Below are positions 26,210-41,300 of a stretch of 64,000 bases of DNA, piece after piece. Each line of letters opens with the position of its first letter. The stretch's first letter is position 1. A program made the translations under genes and the position numbers. The notes under the pieces are model-generated. The model searched no databases. It was not told where the DNA came from and saw only the letters and a program-made list of their open reading frames with translations. Source of the stretch: Lingula anatina (taxonomy: Eukaryota; Animalia; Brachiopoda); NCBI GenBank assembly GCA_051362555.1, contig CM120641.1:16678001-16742000 (forward strand), read 5' to 3'.

Positions 26210-26508
26210 CTTGGGGGTGATCAGATGCACTGCTACGTAATGAAGAAGATAAATTTTATGCGTGTTACTAGTACAACTTGTAATTCTACAGTGTGTTTGT
26301 CCTCTATACACCGGGTCGTATGTGTACTATCGTGAAGAAGTGCTAACTCATGCATATTTTTTATGCACACGTACCGTACATAGAACGGTTGTATTCCGTT
26401 GGTTTACTCGTTAGGGTTAGTATATAGGTTACTCGTTAGTGTTTTTATATAGAACGACTGATGTCCACTCTGACACTGACATGCACGCCCCCCCTCCCCC
26501 CCCCCCCC

Positions 26509-26523
<15 letters not shown>

Positions 26524-26562
<39 letters not shown>
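26524..26562. repeat. (AT)n microsatellite preceded by poly(C)/poly(A)
   Basis: Direct sequence. Confidence 0.9.
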
Positions 26563-26566
<4 letters not shown>

Positions 26567-29391
26567 TTTGTGAAACCGGGGCCAGTTGACAGGGACGCAT
26601 AGTTTTTCACTGTGGAAAGTGATTTGTTCCGCTTGTTTTCATTCCTTTTAAAAACACTGCATCATCTTTCCCTCAACAAATTTGCCCGTCCAACACACTC
26701 ATGTCAATTTTTAAGCATGGATTTTATTGGCATGTTCTTGTGAAAAAAAAAGTAAAGGAAATGAAACAAATTACTTCACAGAACATACGTCAATGACTGG
26801 ACTCAAATGTGCAATTTTTGGTGAAATGAACCAAACAATTGAAAAGCAAAGTTTTTTTGTGCGAAGTTGCTGTTAACAACATAGCGTCAATTACAAAAAT
26901 GTTTTTTCCCCTAACATTTTTGAAGATAAACTTTCAATATAGTGGAAACAAGAACAACACATGAAAAGACATTTTTATTCCCATAATATTATTTTCATAC
27001 TGCTATGACCTATTTGTATCTGTGCCCTGGTTCTCAATTTAAACCTGCCATATTACTGCTGATGAAAAAAAAAACAAAAAACAACTATGAAATCAGATAT
27101 CAAAACCCGCAAATAACAGAATACAAAACAAAGAAGACAAGGCTATTAAGATCTCAGAAATAGACCTACTTATTACAGTAATCAACACCACACATACTTA
27201 AAAAACATTAAATCTCCACAATATTATTTTAACAAGTCCCATTGCAACAATACAGCAACAACCAAACATAACAAAACTTGTAAAAATATAATAACCTAAA
27301 GCCTTTCCAGTCATTTTACTTGCATACCAGTAATATAGCAGCATCACCTTTGGTGTATTTTATTGTACATCTTTTTCTAGTCTTTACAAAAGACTACTTT
27401 GGAAACTTTACTTGATGCTGATCACTGAGACACCTGCTACTATTTAGTATTACATACAACACCTGGATAACACTGCATCATGTTGAAATGTTCATTAAAA
27501 CTGTTTGCATTTAGACATACATAGACTTGCAGACGGTGGAGAACTGCAAATCTTGGAAGAGTGTTACTAAGAGAATATTACATATCAAAGCAATGTTAGC
27601 AAAAAAGTTATCAAACACTCACAATACATCAGATGTATTCAGCAGATAATAGCAATATGTATCACAGTCAGGAAATTAACAACAACATCCTAGATGTAAC
27701 ATTTAGTAAAAAAAAAGTTACATTTAAAGCTCAAATTAGCTGCTGAATTGGTGTCTGTGTTGCTTTGTGCTCTCAAAATTGAATTCACTTGTCTACTATT
27801 TGAACTTTACATTTTAAATATAACCAAAAACTGAGTGAAAAGACACAATAGCACCCTTAAAGCAATGACCATGACAAGGATTACATATGTGAAATACAAA
27901 CTGTTTTTGGAATGTTTAAGTTTTACTGCATTTTACAATCACACTGTATGCACCTTAACAGCAACTTTTCTATTTGTCAAAGAAAAAAGGCACTAAATGT
28001 TATAAATGTCTTCAAATTTTGCAAAACAAAATGTAACTGAGTGACCCCTTGATGAATCATTTCTATCCAAATCTTATCCAACGGCCTTCCTGCAGATTTG
28101 ATAGTCGATGTGAAATTCAGATGAATTATGCCTTAAAATCAAAGTATAAAGCTTTTTAATGCTGTAATTCTTCACAACACCAGTTTCAAAATACCTGTTT
28201 GTCTTAAATGGTGATAAACCTTAAAGTTGTCTTTTGCTAACAGACCATGCCCCTGCCAAAATTTTAATCCCCTTAAGAGCTCAAAATTGGTTCAAAAGCC
28301 CCTTTTTTCTCCCTCTACAAAAACATCATGACATCAGGCCTTGCAATGATGATCATGATCCTGAGAGACTCTGCACCAAGTATTCAATCAATATATACAC
28401 CACTATTGACTCCAAACTCCTCCCTCGGCATGGCACCTCTTTAGCACGAGTCTAAACTTCTCCCGCGGCATGACACCTCTGCACCACAACTGCAAACTCC
28501 GCCCATGGCCTCATAACCTCACCTTGATGCAGCCCTATCTAACTCGAATCCATGAACTAATGCATCACCATGACGCAGCTAATTCTCTCCCAATGACATG
28601 AACCAGCCAAATATCCTTTGTCAATTTCTGATCACAGATATAATAAGCAGTGTGCCCTTGAACAGTAGATGTGCATAGAAACCATGCATAAAATACCATA
28701 AAAAGATCCCCTGTAACTACCTGTTAAATAAAACTACAGGTTGTTTTTCCTTTTTCTATTTTATAACCTTGACAAGTTTGACTTAGTAATGAAATAAACC
28801 TCCAGTAAAAATAAACCTCTTAGAAACCTTGAACAGCAATGTCCCCACTGTTTGATATGCACCCACAATTAATTTAAAATGATAATTGTTGTTTTCACCA
28901 CCCCTCAAACATTCACAGCTGATATCATGTGTTTTAGTGTCTTTCTTGCACTATGAAAACCTGCCCCTCTTGTAGCTGCTTTGTTGCATTTAAGAAGTGC
29001 TGAAATTTAAAAGAAAGAAATGTTCATTAAAGATTACCATACCCATTCAAAGAAACATTTGAATGTTTTAAAAAATATGAAGGATCAAACTATTATGTTG
29101 GGACTACATGTCTCACCCTTTTAATTGCTTTGTTTATTTAGAAAACAGAACTTCGCTGTCTTCTGGTCCACATACTTTTCTGCACATCTCATTTTCTGCA
29201 CTTAAAATATATCACTATCTTAATGAGTCATAAATTATGCTAACTTAAGTCTACAAAGAACACAGCTCAATTCCTACTATTTTCCTCAAAAAATTTCAAA
29301 AGTTTATAAAATTTCCAAAGATATTGCACCCTCATCTACCCGTCTGTGCAGTGATGGTGTCCTCCTTACCCCCAAATGTACAATACTACAA

Positions 29392-32300
29392 TTACCCTTC
29401 CTCTACATACCTCTCTGCTGCCGCAGCAGGCTGCTCCTTGGGAACTGGCGAAGCAGGTGGTTCTGGCTGGGGAGGAGGACTGGCCTCTCCACCCTCCACT
29501 CCTTGCTCTGGCTTGCTGTGAGAGTCTGAACTGAGGCTAGACACACTGGACTCTGTCACCTTGAGTCCCTGTGCAGGCCCATTCTCTACCACGGAACCCT
29601 GACTGCTGGTGCTGTGGTGCCGGGCTGGTTTGAGGTTAGCCTTCAGGGGGCCCTGCTTTGGCTTGGGTTGAAGAGCATCTGGGGAGGCCTCTTGGATCTG
29701 CATGTGGTACTTATAGGTCTCCTCCGTGCTGTGGACCTTACCTGAGAGGGCGAGGTGGACAGAGTGTGAAACAAAGCTGGGTGACATTTAAAGTTGAACA
29801 AAAGCTGATTATGTCCTAATAAATTTAATATTGTTACACTGATTGTATATATGTTATGTATATTCTGAGCTTGTAAAATATTTTGTACTTTCTGCTCACG
29901 TTGGTATCTACTGACTTTCACTAGTGACCTTCATATCAGCACTTAAACATGGTGGCCAAGACAAATGTTATACTCCAGAATACTTTGGGATGCCTTTGAA
30001 ATAATCCCGTGTGTATTAGATATTAAATCAAATATTAAAATTACAATATTTAGTGGCATACTCACACCTGGCAAACCTCTGACATCTACTAAATGTTGAC
30101 ACCATTCAAATGTACAGTTACCTGACGCCAGATTAAATGTCCTTCCCTTGACCCCCGTCTCCTTGGGAGGAGGTGACCACCAGCTGACCAGTGACCCCAC
30201 AAGTGGAACATGGCGTAAAAGGCCCTGATACAGTATAATACAGAAGTCACGTCAAGTCATGACATCTATTTGTTTTTTCCCAAATACACTTTTTTAAATA
30301 ATGCAATGATAACACTAAGTAACATTATGTCATCAGACTTTTTTCATACTTCCAAGGCATCATAAAATGCCTTTACCAAACTTGCAATCATAATGCTTGC
30401 AGATATATAGTGCCGTCATCTTCCGCGTATCATCATAATGGTATAGATTATGTTACATCATGCACAGTTCAAATTTACATCCATTTTAACGAGGAAAAAT
30501 GCTGAAAAATGAGAAACAATTACATTCCCTACCTCCTGTATAAGTTTTTCTTCATTTTCTTTCTTCAGATCTTCATTGGCTGCCTCTATACCTTTCCTGA
30601 CAATTTCTGACATCTTCTCCAGGAATTTGGATGATTCTTCAATTTCTTTGGCAGTAGTGTAGACCAGTCCTATCAGCTCTTCCATGTCTGTCTCCTCAGT
30701 GATGAGACCAAACCTTGCACACACCAAACCATCCTCTGCTCTACCTGAAGAAATAATATATACCAATTTATTATCAAATGACAAGTGTTAGTTTTCATAT
30801 CATAACTGTTAACTGTGTTGCTTTTAATTTGGAGACTGTTCACCTGGTGCAATGAAATTAAGTTGTTTTGACTCACATGTACAGGCCACAATGTCCCTGT
30901 TTTATCCTACTACAATCAATGCTAATGAAATGGACCTTTAACTTATTAACTTTATAACTCCTATTGTGTTTTAATATGTAACTTCTTTTAATACTAGGTC
31001 TTGATACATGTACAAGCTGGCAACATGGCCATTTATTTTTAGAGATTTGCTAAATTCTAGTGCATGATTATTGTTCTTGAAGTATGTTTATTTCTGTTTT
31101 TTTTTCTTACTTCATCCTCATATGTGTCCGGCTGGTGTCATACTTTTCCTTCATGGGTCCCTTTGGTCTCTTAACGCAACTTAACTTTGTTTCCTTTTAC
31201 CACAGTCATCACTTACTATGTGTATAAATATTCTCACTTTTTACCCCCTCCAGTTCTCTTCTTACAGGGCCCCAAGTATATTCAGCACTGTATATGTGTG
31301 CTTACATATTTTCATTTGTTCAATTTCTACACAAGGTCTTACCTAATGAAAATGCAGTGTCACTAGATTTGAGTTGTTTGACTAGTTCAGTGTTGAGGTG
31401 ATTGATCTCTCTTTTAGCAGCAGCCGTCAGAGCATCCAATTTGTCTATCCAGTGGTCTGGAATGTATCTGCAGCAGATTTGACAAGTTTTAGTTAAGAAG
31501 TGAAAAGTTACGTTGTCAGGTGTGTAAAAACCAAAGCTGAATATTAATCCTTGTACAGCACATACACGTATATATATAATATATATTCTTATTCAATGCA
31601 CAAATCACCCATTTCATATATACCAAGCTTATAACTACCAGTCAATCTTAGTTTCCTGTTACTCTGAACTAAAAGGAATAAATACTGCTTCACCAAAATG
31701 AATACTGCTAAAAAATATTGTATCCCTGAACCCCATCTACAAACAAATAACTGCCTAAACCTACAACTCAACAGATCACAACTGACACCAAATGCAAACA
31801 AGTGATAACAATGGTGAAGCAATACTAAAAAGTCAACAGCGCTGTTCTGCTCCGACTTACTGCACTGCTCCCAGTCCAGCCCAGGTGGGCAGGTGGACAA
31901 GCCTCAGGTTATCCTGGGCCTCCACAACCTCCTGGAAGTTCTCCTTCTGCTTCACTGTGGCATTCAGAATGGACTGGAGAGGAGAGGGTTCCAGATTAAG
32001 ACTCCAGTTATGTGGCAAATTAGTCATATTGCAAATAAATGTTTAAGACACACACTTATTATCTTGGACCGTGACCCCTCTGTGGCTCAATCGAAGCTGT
32101 GAAGGCGGCAATTAATTTACACAGTATCAGTATACAAAGATGATATATCACTCTAGTAAAACCTATGCACTTACCACTTGCTTGCCTAGAGATTTCCCCC
32201 ACACCTCCATATCTTCCAATGTTGTTCCTTGGACTGACATAAATTGGAACAAATACAAATTATAATCCACAATATAGAAAATGATCCAAATGATCATGAA

Positions 32301-35300
32301 TAGACTTTAAAATTGAAGTTTTTGCTTACACTTGGGAAGCTTCTTGGTGATATAAAAATGAACAGCTGCAAATGACAAACTTGAAATATTACAGGAAATC
32401 TGAAATCTTCCTTCACCCACTGATTCCTGTATTAGTAAAGGCAGCCCACCAACTGCCAGTAATGATTCCAAGGGGTGAATAGATGCAGTTATGTCACTCT
32501 TGAATATCATTAGCCACTCTGGAATATTATTAGCTTTGGCAGTAAAAAGCAACTGCTCTCACCTTGTGCATTTTCCAGTGGTGAAAACCTGATACACAGT
32601 CCTTCATTTGGAACTTCAATGGTGTCCAGGTGCACTGTAGACACTTCCCTCTTTAGAGTTTCAGCAAGCTAAAACATCAAATACGTCACAATTAGTTCAA
32701 AGCAGTGAAGTTTAGGACACACGTCTTTTGTTTCTAAAAATACTGCTTTTAGGAAAAGTGACAATTTTTCTTAATACGTAACTGAAATCACATTATGCTT
32801 GCAAACTTCTATCTGAAAAGTGGTAAACTGAAAAGTTCCAGTAATATCTAACCTACAGTCAACCAGAAAAATATCAATTCAGGCTTACAATTGAGGATGA
32901 TATATACAATAGGAAAACCCCATACCCAAATGTTAAGGGCATCAAAATAATCTTCATGTCTGTAACTCTCTTCTGTGTCCACACTCATAGTGGGGGGTTC
33001 AGCGCCGTCCTCTGATTGAGTGCTGCTGGGAACATGGTTGGCAGAAGTTTCTTGAGCTGCATATGGGGCACGCTCAGGCATCTTTGCTGGAATTTTGACG
33101 GGTTTTGGTGCATTTTTTGCATAAGAGGCTACTTCTGTAATGAAAACAATTTTTTTTTTTAAATCAAAGGTTGTTGATGGAAATATCACAAACAGATAAT
33201 AAAAACATACATTCAGTATGGTTTAATGATGTCCATCTATGCAAATGTCATTGTATCTTAAATCAGTCACTGCCACCTTTTGTGGTGAAAATTCATTATT
33301 TCAATGGAATTTCCACTTTTTTTCAGGCAGGTAGCAAGGAATACCTTAGGACTCAGAAATAGGATTCTACGATTAAAGAAACTGGGTAAACTTGTATTTA
33401 TGCACAGCGAGCAACTGATTTGAATCATAAATAATAAATGCATCTTGAAGCAGCTGTAAAACTTGAGTATTCAAATGAAAGAGCTTAGAGCAATATACAT
33501 ACTGACCTGGCGGCGCATCTGACGCATAACAACTGTACTTAAATACCACACTTGGGGAAGAGATTTCATAAGTCAACTGAAATAAGAGAAAAACCTTTAC
33601 TTCTTCCTGAATGCAACAGAATTGGCATAAAGTGTACTAGATGAGAATGACTGGGTTAAGAAAGTGTTACTATGCAATGATATTATTGATCAAACCCATC
33701 CAAAAGATAACTCTATGTGATTGTAACAGTTTTCACATAAAAATACACACTCTGGGAGGATGGCTAGATGATACTCTTACCATATAAGATTATCCAAATC
33801 GCTTTGCATTGTTTAATATTATGATCATACTTAAAATGTTCAATATCAATATCCAATTTTACAATATCTAATTCATTTTGAAGCTGACAGCATGTACTCT
33901 ATAGGGGAAGTGTTTTTTTTTTTTTTCGGTACAACACCAATGCTAAACAATAACTGTAAACAAAATGAAATAATCATATAGAGTGCAATAAACATAATTC
34001 AGTGCTAAATTAATCAAAATCTTGTAGTGTGAGACATCAATCAGGATTTTATTATCTCCCCTTTTTATCATAATTGACACTTATATAAGACAGCCCATAC
34101 ATGTCAATAAGTAGACAGAAAGTTAAACACTAAACATCAAAGACTTCTCACAAAACTAAACTTGCAGTGCTATAGTCATCTAGATCTGTGATAATGAATA
34201 CTTATCACTTTAAAAAATAGGATGTTAGCCAGAGCAAAGACTTCTCAGAATGTAAGTATGCTAATTTAGAGATTGAAAACACATCTTTAAACTCAGCTAC
34301 ACCCTCTTCAAATTGTCCAGGCAATCAAATACTTCTACTCTAACCTAACTACCTGCAAGCATACTTACAAAATTGACAACAGCTTTACTGATACGTGACC
34401 TTAAAGATGTTTCATTGGGGTCCTTGTCAGCAGGCTTAACTGTGTTACTCTGTGAAGTTAATGGTGTACACCAAACGTGTTACTCACAGCAAAAACACAG
34501 TAATACTGGATAATGTATATATACTCAAGTATGAGGCACAAAGAGGGATTTGATGACAGACCACACATAGCACACTGCAGGTGTAGAAGGTTGTACTCAC
34601 AGCAAGCCTTAGACTACACTAGACACAACACAGAGGTTTGTTAGCAACACCTTTCTTTGTCCTGATTTCACTTACAAGGGCATTTATAGCTTTTGAGAGC
34701 ATGTGCCCTAAACCTTCACTTTCAGCTTCAGGCTTGGGAGGTGCTCGGTTACTCTGGTGATAGAGTCAGATAAAGATACCATGATATTGAATTAACTCTT
34801 ACCAATAATCCCAAAGTGCCTAGATTGTTTTGAAAATTGACAACTCAGATAAATAATAATAGTGTAATATAAAGATAAGGTATTCTAGTAAGTATTTCTT
34901 GTCTACAGTATTCACAAACCCCATTAAGTTAAACTCCATTCATCCTAATGTCTAAACAAACATGCAGCAGGAGAGATTCCAAATGAAAACCTTAGTAACA
35001 AGCCTCAAAAGTTTGGGTTGGGTACATTTATCAAACATCATTCAGAGCTAGAGCTAAAAGAAGTGTAGTTTACATGCCCTATCATAGGAGAGCATTTGCC
35101 ATAATTGTTTGCTTTATCCTTCATGCAAACTGGTTGCCTTATGAATAAAAACTGTCTTAAAAGAGTTTTTTCTCCCAAACTAAAAACTTCAGTTTAAAAA
35201 ATTGGTATTACTTTGATAAACTTGCAGTGATAATGTATAAAATGTATAATACTTACCACTTCCTGAAGTGAACTGTGTCCCATCAATTTTTCATGCATTT

Positions 35301-38300
35301 TCTCTGCCTAGTAAAAGAGAAATATAAATCCATGTTATGATGTACAAAATAAATATAAATCATAATGCAAAGAGAGAGGGATTTTATTAATAAGTTTCCT
35401 GTAATAATAACATTTAGATAACTTAATATCATTTCATCAAAAATAAAGATATTCAATTGCTTACTAATTCAAAATGATTTTTAAGTTTGGAAGAGTTACC
35501 TATATAGCTTAAAAGATTCATTTTTCAATCTATCATATAATCAATACACTGGGGAGCTTTTCCTATTCATCTACACGTTAACACATCTAAATTCATCATA
35601 ATACATGTAAAAATGAATATAATCAATAAAATTCCAGTTAATTCATATGTTACCAGGTCTACTGATAATTTGATCCTGTTGACCACCCCTTCGTGCCCCA
35701 GGTTTTGTAGACACACCCATATGGGAAGACAACTGAGCTTGTAGTGTGTTTGTAAAGATGTCAGGCCAGCATGGTAGGCCTGGGTGCTGTCAGCAGTTTT
35801 ATATAAGGTCTGAACAGTAATGTTAAGGTAGAAAAATTTACAGTTAGGGTAAATGCCACTTAAAATGATAAGTGTCGAAACTGTGTACATAGTAAACTCT
35901 ACCAAGAAGGAAAATCAGAAACAGATAATTTTATTCGTAAGCTGGTACTTCACATATTTAATCAAACACTTTATTAAAACTGGGCGCCAACAGAAGACTT
36001 ATCATTCCACTTTTAATTCACAGAGCTTTTAAATTCACTAGTTTACCAGATAAGATGGTTTACTTTAAGGGACATGATGAAAATGGGCATTAATTTTTTT
36101 TTTATCAAATTACAGAATAACATTTTCTATCCACTTAGTCCTTTATGAACTGTCAAATGATGAAATTAGTCAAAAGGATACCACATAAGGCAAAGAGGGC
36201 AGACCCAGCCAGCAGCCCAGGTTTAGAGTGATACTGTCTCCGGTCTTCACTGGTGACACATTGGTTGGGACAGAGTACATGGCTAAGGTGGCCAAGTGAT
36301 GACTAGAAAGTACAGAGATAAAATTACAAAATTATTTCTTGAAACTATAAAAATTTAAAAATAAAGGAAATATGATGGTGAAATACTAAATTTAATTATC
36401 AATCTTTCGTTATATGGGTCATCTTTAGAAGCAACTGTTTTTTTTCTTTTATTTTGATATCATTTTCCTCAACAAAGAAAAAGTTTAAATATCTTGGGTT
36501 CTACTTTTGACATGTTGTCTGCCAAATGATACAGCATGAATCTGTGGTCTTACCCTTCCACATGAAACCAAATCTGGTGCTTTTTACAAATGCTCTGAAT
36601 CTTTTCTATGTCATCAACCTGAGCAATGACAGGAGTACCTGAAGATACACAAATGTGAATGTTCAAATAAAAGATAATAAATAAAGTAAATTAACATTTA
36701 AGGTCTGCTTTTTGTAATTCTTTCATGTTACTGTTATAAAACTTTATCTATTTTTTATGAAAGCTAAATAGGGCACGATATGAATCTAATAAGTATATAT
36801 TCAACAGCAGCTGCAAACACTTTAAGATAACAGATATCACTAATACCTCAACTGATTACATGAATTAGACACATTCACCGCAGTGTTACTATTACAACAT
36901 CTATACTGTATACAGTAGGTGTTAATGTAAACTTAGGCTTCCATTTCCTCACCATCATAACATAATACAATTAGAGCACAGCTGGTGGATTTTCATTTTC
37001 ATAATTTATATGCCATATTTTTCCATTATCAACACAGGCATAGATGTGCAAAAATATATATGCAGATATCACAACTGTATATTTATCTGAAATGTCTATC
37101 TCATCATCTATATGATATTTTATCCAAGGCATTCCATGTACCAACATATGTAATAAAAAACCATAAAACTGCATTGTTGAAAGACTGTCTTATATAAACT
37201 ATTAGGAAATTATGTCCTTTTTTGACAGTAATCTTACCTAAAAAATATAATCCTACCTGCATTTAGGAAATTTGATAAAAAGATGTTAAAAATGTGTACG
37301 TCCCATTTCCTTAATTAAAGGGATCCTCCCATTTTTTAAAATTTACTATGTGATCTTACCCATCAAATATGTACATTACCTGCATATCCTAACACCAGTA
37401 GTGGTGTCCTGGCTGACGTGACATCATCCTCCACTTGTTGCTCTAATGCTGTTGTATCCTGACATTAAATAAAACAAATATAGATATAACATAGACAAAA
37501 TTATCAGACTTTTTAGATATGATATATGTTAACTTTTTGTGCCATATTGGACTATATTTCTAATCCTTTAATGATAAATATTCAGACACAATAAGACAAA
37601 GAACAAAAAACACTGACATCATTTTAAGTATAGTCAACTATTTTTTCATTAACATTATTTTGCATTTACCAGGGGAACATACATTTTAAACACTGATACA
37701 TGCCATAATTCTATATATAAAATAAATTTAAAAAACCTCCATCTTAACTAAAGTCAATAATTGATTATATTATATTATATTATATTGCATATAAGAAAGA
37801 ATCTTAAGAAGATATAGTATGATAAAATATCTACAGAACTTTGCTCCCACTTTGAGAGGAAGAAAACTAACAAGTAGCTTGCCAGGTTACGAAGTTGTTT
37901 CACTGGTATGTTTCAATAATACTAAATTTCTTTATAACCATAACACAATATCACCTTTTATGGGTTTTGAAGCAATGATGACGCTTAACATCCTTAGAAA
38001 TATTTAAAAGAATGGCCTAGATGCCCTGATTACTTACCATTTTATGCTGACAGCCTGGTTGTATGCTGCAGGGAATTGTACTGAGACATGAACTGGGCAA
38101 TCCAAGCTGTAATTAACATATAGGAAAAAATAATTTTTTCAATACATTCATTTAAATTACCAGGTTTATAAATTGATGGAAGAAAACCTAAACAACAAAA
38201 AAATTAACTTGTTACCTTTTATTGAAAGCTCTGGGCCATAAATATATAATGTGATATCCTAAATATACATAAAATTATTTATGAAAATTTCTCTGAACAC

Positions 38301-41300
38301 ATGCAGTGTCTATAAACAACAAGAAATAAAAGTGCTTTAAGTGCCTATCTAGACATTTAGAATAGCAACAAATAACAAGCAGAACTAGACTTACATCACT
38401 GGAGCAAATAAAAAAAATTTATTTTTTGTTCATTCATCACACCTTAAACAAAAATTTTGATATGGCTAATTAAAAAACAGCTACTTAACAAACTCAAAAT
38501 CTCTTGAAGAGTGAGGCAAGGTTATATGTGAATCCTATCACCTGTGCACACAGATAATCTCCCATCCCAGCTTTGGCTGCAGAGCTGAGGTATATCACAG
38601 GGGGCCTGGAGTATAGGGCTTCATAGCCCTCATCCAAGTATTTGGGAAACTTTTTGTGCAGGGCAAGACGGCACAGCCTGATTAAGCCTTCTCTCTCGTC
38701 CTCGTGGTAGAACACTGCTGCATCATCAAATCTAAACATAAAATAAATATTTTAAAAATAAATAAAGACTTTTGTTAAGAGATGCCACTAACTAAGAAAC
38801 CATTAGATGCAAATGTGGTTGAACCATCAATGGCATACGTATCAATGCAAGTCCCAAATGTGCTAGTTTGCATTCAGTTGTTTGCTGAGTAATTAAGTAT
38901 TAAGTAGGCATTGTAAGTAATATAAAGTACACATAGAAAGCAAAGGATAAAATGAAAAACAAAACTGAGCAAAAAATGTAAAGACCTCACTTTTCTTATC
39001 TGTTGAGTACGTATGTGTCTTAATCAAGTGAACTGAATTTCTTTCTTTTTTTTTCACATATACAACTTGTCTGACCCAAATACCCTGACCTCCTCGAACT
39101 TAAAGTGATTGAATTATCATCTACTCTGTTATACCATCTGAACTAGGACAAACATAAAAACCATTATCACTTTATACACAATACAGTGTATCATGTGAAT
39201 AAAGCCAGTAGCAAAATGTCACGAGAAAAAGATCAACAAAAGTACACCTCAAAAGACTTAAATGATGGCATATATGCAACAGACACCTGTAACACTGACT
39301 TGAATGCATTAAAAAATTGATCTCTATTTCACAGAATATGACCTTATTCGTCTATATATCAGCTGTATAACCTGGTTAAATATTAATGGTGTCTAGTCAA
39401 GTTAACTACAAAGTAGGTTCTATCTATACAGACTTCTGCGCTTATGTACATAATTCTAAATCCTAGGAAGCCTTGTTTTACTGTCACTATAATTGCTAGT
39501 AATGTAATTTGGTTATATATGGGGTCAGAAATCTATATCACAGAGTCTGCTGAAACACTGTATGTGAAGCCATGGCAATTAAACACAACATGCAGCCTTA
39601 TTTTTGGACAGGCAGGCCATAATAGTAACTCCAACACCTCTGCATTTGCATACTAGCAGGCAGATACATCTCCACAGGATCATTAAAGACATGCTAATTA
39701 CTCAATCTTTTCAATGTGGGGAAATTCTTTAAATTAAAACATTCCTATTGAGTGGTGACAATAAAATTAATAAGCAGGCTATTTTGTAGTTCTATTCTAT
39801 GCAGTAAAAGTACCACAAATGCAACACAGAAATATCATCCTGTGATTACAAAATTATGTATCTGAAAGTTTGATCATTTTTCCTATTGAAAACATTGAGT
39901 CATTATGGTAACTGTACTAACCTGAACATCCGTGAGAGCCACAGGGAAGTGTCCTCTACTATATTATTGGTGAAATGTTTTAAATGAGAGGGTTCAAGCA
40001 GAGAGACGTATGCTGACAAGCCATGCGACAGGATGGCCACCTCTGCATTTTCATCCAGTAATCTTAACTTTGCAGGTCTGAAAATATGAAACAAGAAATA
40101 ATGTGCTTCCAACTGAAACATAATATGCCATCATATTTTACCTGCTTGAAATTGTTTCTCAAACTGTTTCTAAGACTAGGACAGTGTTTCTAAAAGTATC
40201 ATGTAAAAACAAATTCAGCTTCATTTACAAAATGATCATGGTATTACTTACATTAATTTTTGTTCTTCTAGGCCATCCACATAATTTTCATAAACCATAA
40301 GGTCTTCCAAATGTTTAATTATGTCTTCCAAATTTTGTCCACTAAAATAACAGATAAAAAACACTTTTATCTGACAGAACATAGCATCAAACATGAAACT
40401 GATAATTGTAGCATGGTTCTAAATTAAAATTTTAATCTTAAAATGTCCTTTTTAGGCAATTTTTAGAAATTTAGTCAATTCTTTGTAAAGTTATAATTGT
40501 TTTTAGGCAAATTTTAGAAAGTTAGTCAATTCTAAGATCTTACTGTCCCTTCAGTGGCTCTGGAATGTGTTCACTTAATCTTAATTTTCTTTCTGCTTCT
40601 TTTTCCTCTCTCCACTTCCTGCACAATAAAAAAAAATATGCACTTCAATGAAGGGAAACTAGATAACTCTTTATAAAGTTGACCAATATTTGGAAAATGA
40701 GAATCCAAGTAAGGAATGCTACTATTTGAAAGTTTATTTTCTTCTGCCTCTCATATATTAGGCGCCAAATTGGAATTAATGTCAAATTTGAAAACTTTCA
40801 TGGTGCCATGCACATACAAGCTGTTGAACCTATACATGTACTGTACAATCACATTATTACCAAAATGCTATATAAAATATGATTGAGCTCAATGAAATTC
40901 AATTCAAACATATGCACTGCCTATCACCAGATGGCTTGGCTTTAAAAAATCAGTTTGGCTAAGGACAATAATATGCCCAGTGAATTCAATAATCTAACTC
41001 ATAATAGCATGCATTCCAAATCTTGCTTACCTATTCATTTCATCCATGACTCTGTTATTCTCTTGTATTTTCCTTTCCAGCTCAGCTAACATGGGATTCA
41101 TCCATACCTGAGGGGGGAATTGTACAAATTTACTGCAGTTTATATATATACACTGTACTTCATTATAAACGGGATGTAAGGGCTATAAAATTAATGATCC
41201 ACCTCGTGACCTGGTGATAAACATATATAGCACTACATGTAATCAAGCTAACATTTTTTGTTTAACTGCATAATATAAAATGTAAAAAATAATAAGCATT

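Noticed and set aside
36180-36302. PDXDC1 lacks the canonical PLP-binding Lys in DSITLNLGCWLGLP
   Set aside because: To my knowledge PDXDC1 orthologs generally lack the canonical motif here, so it is not specific to this sequence.
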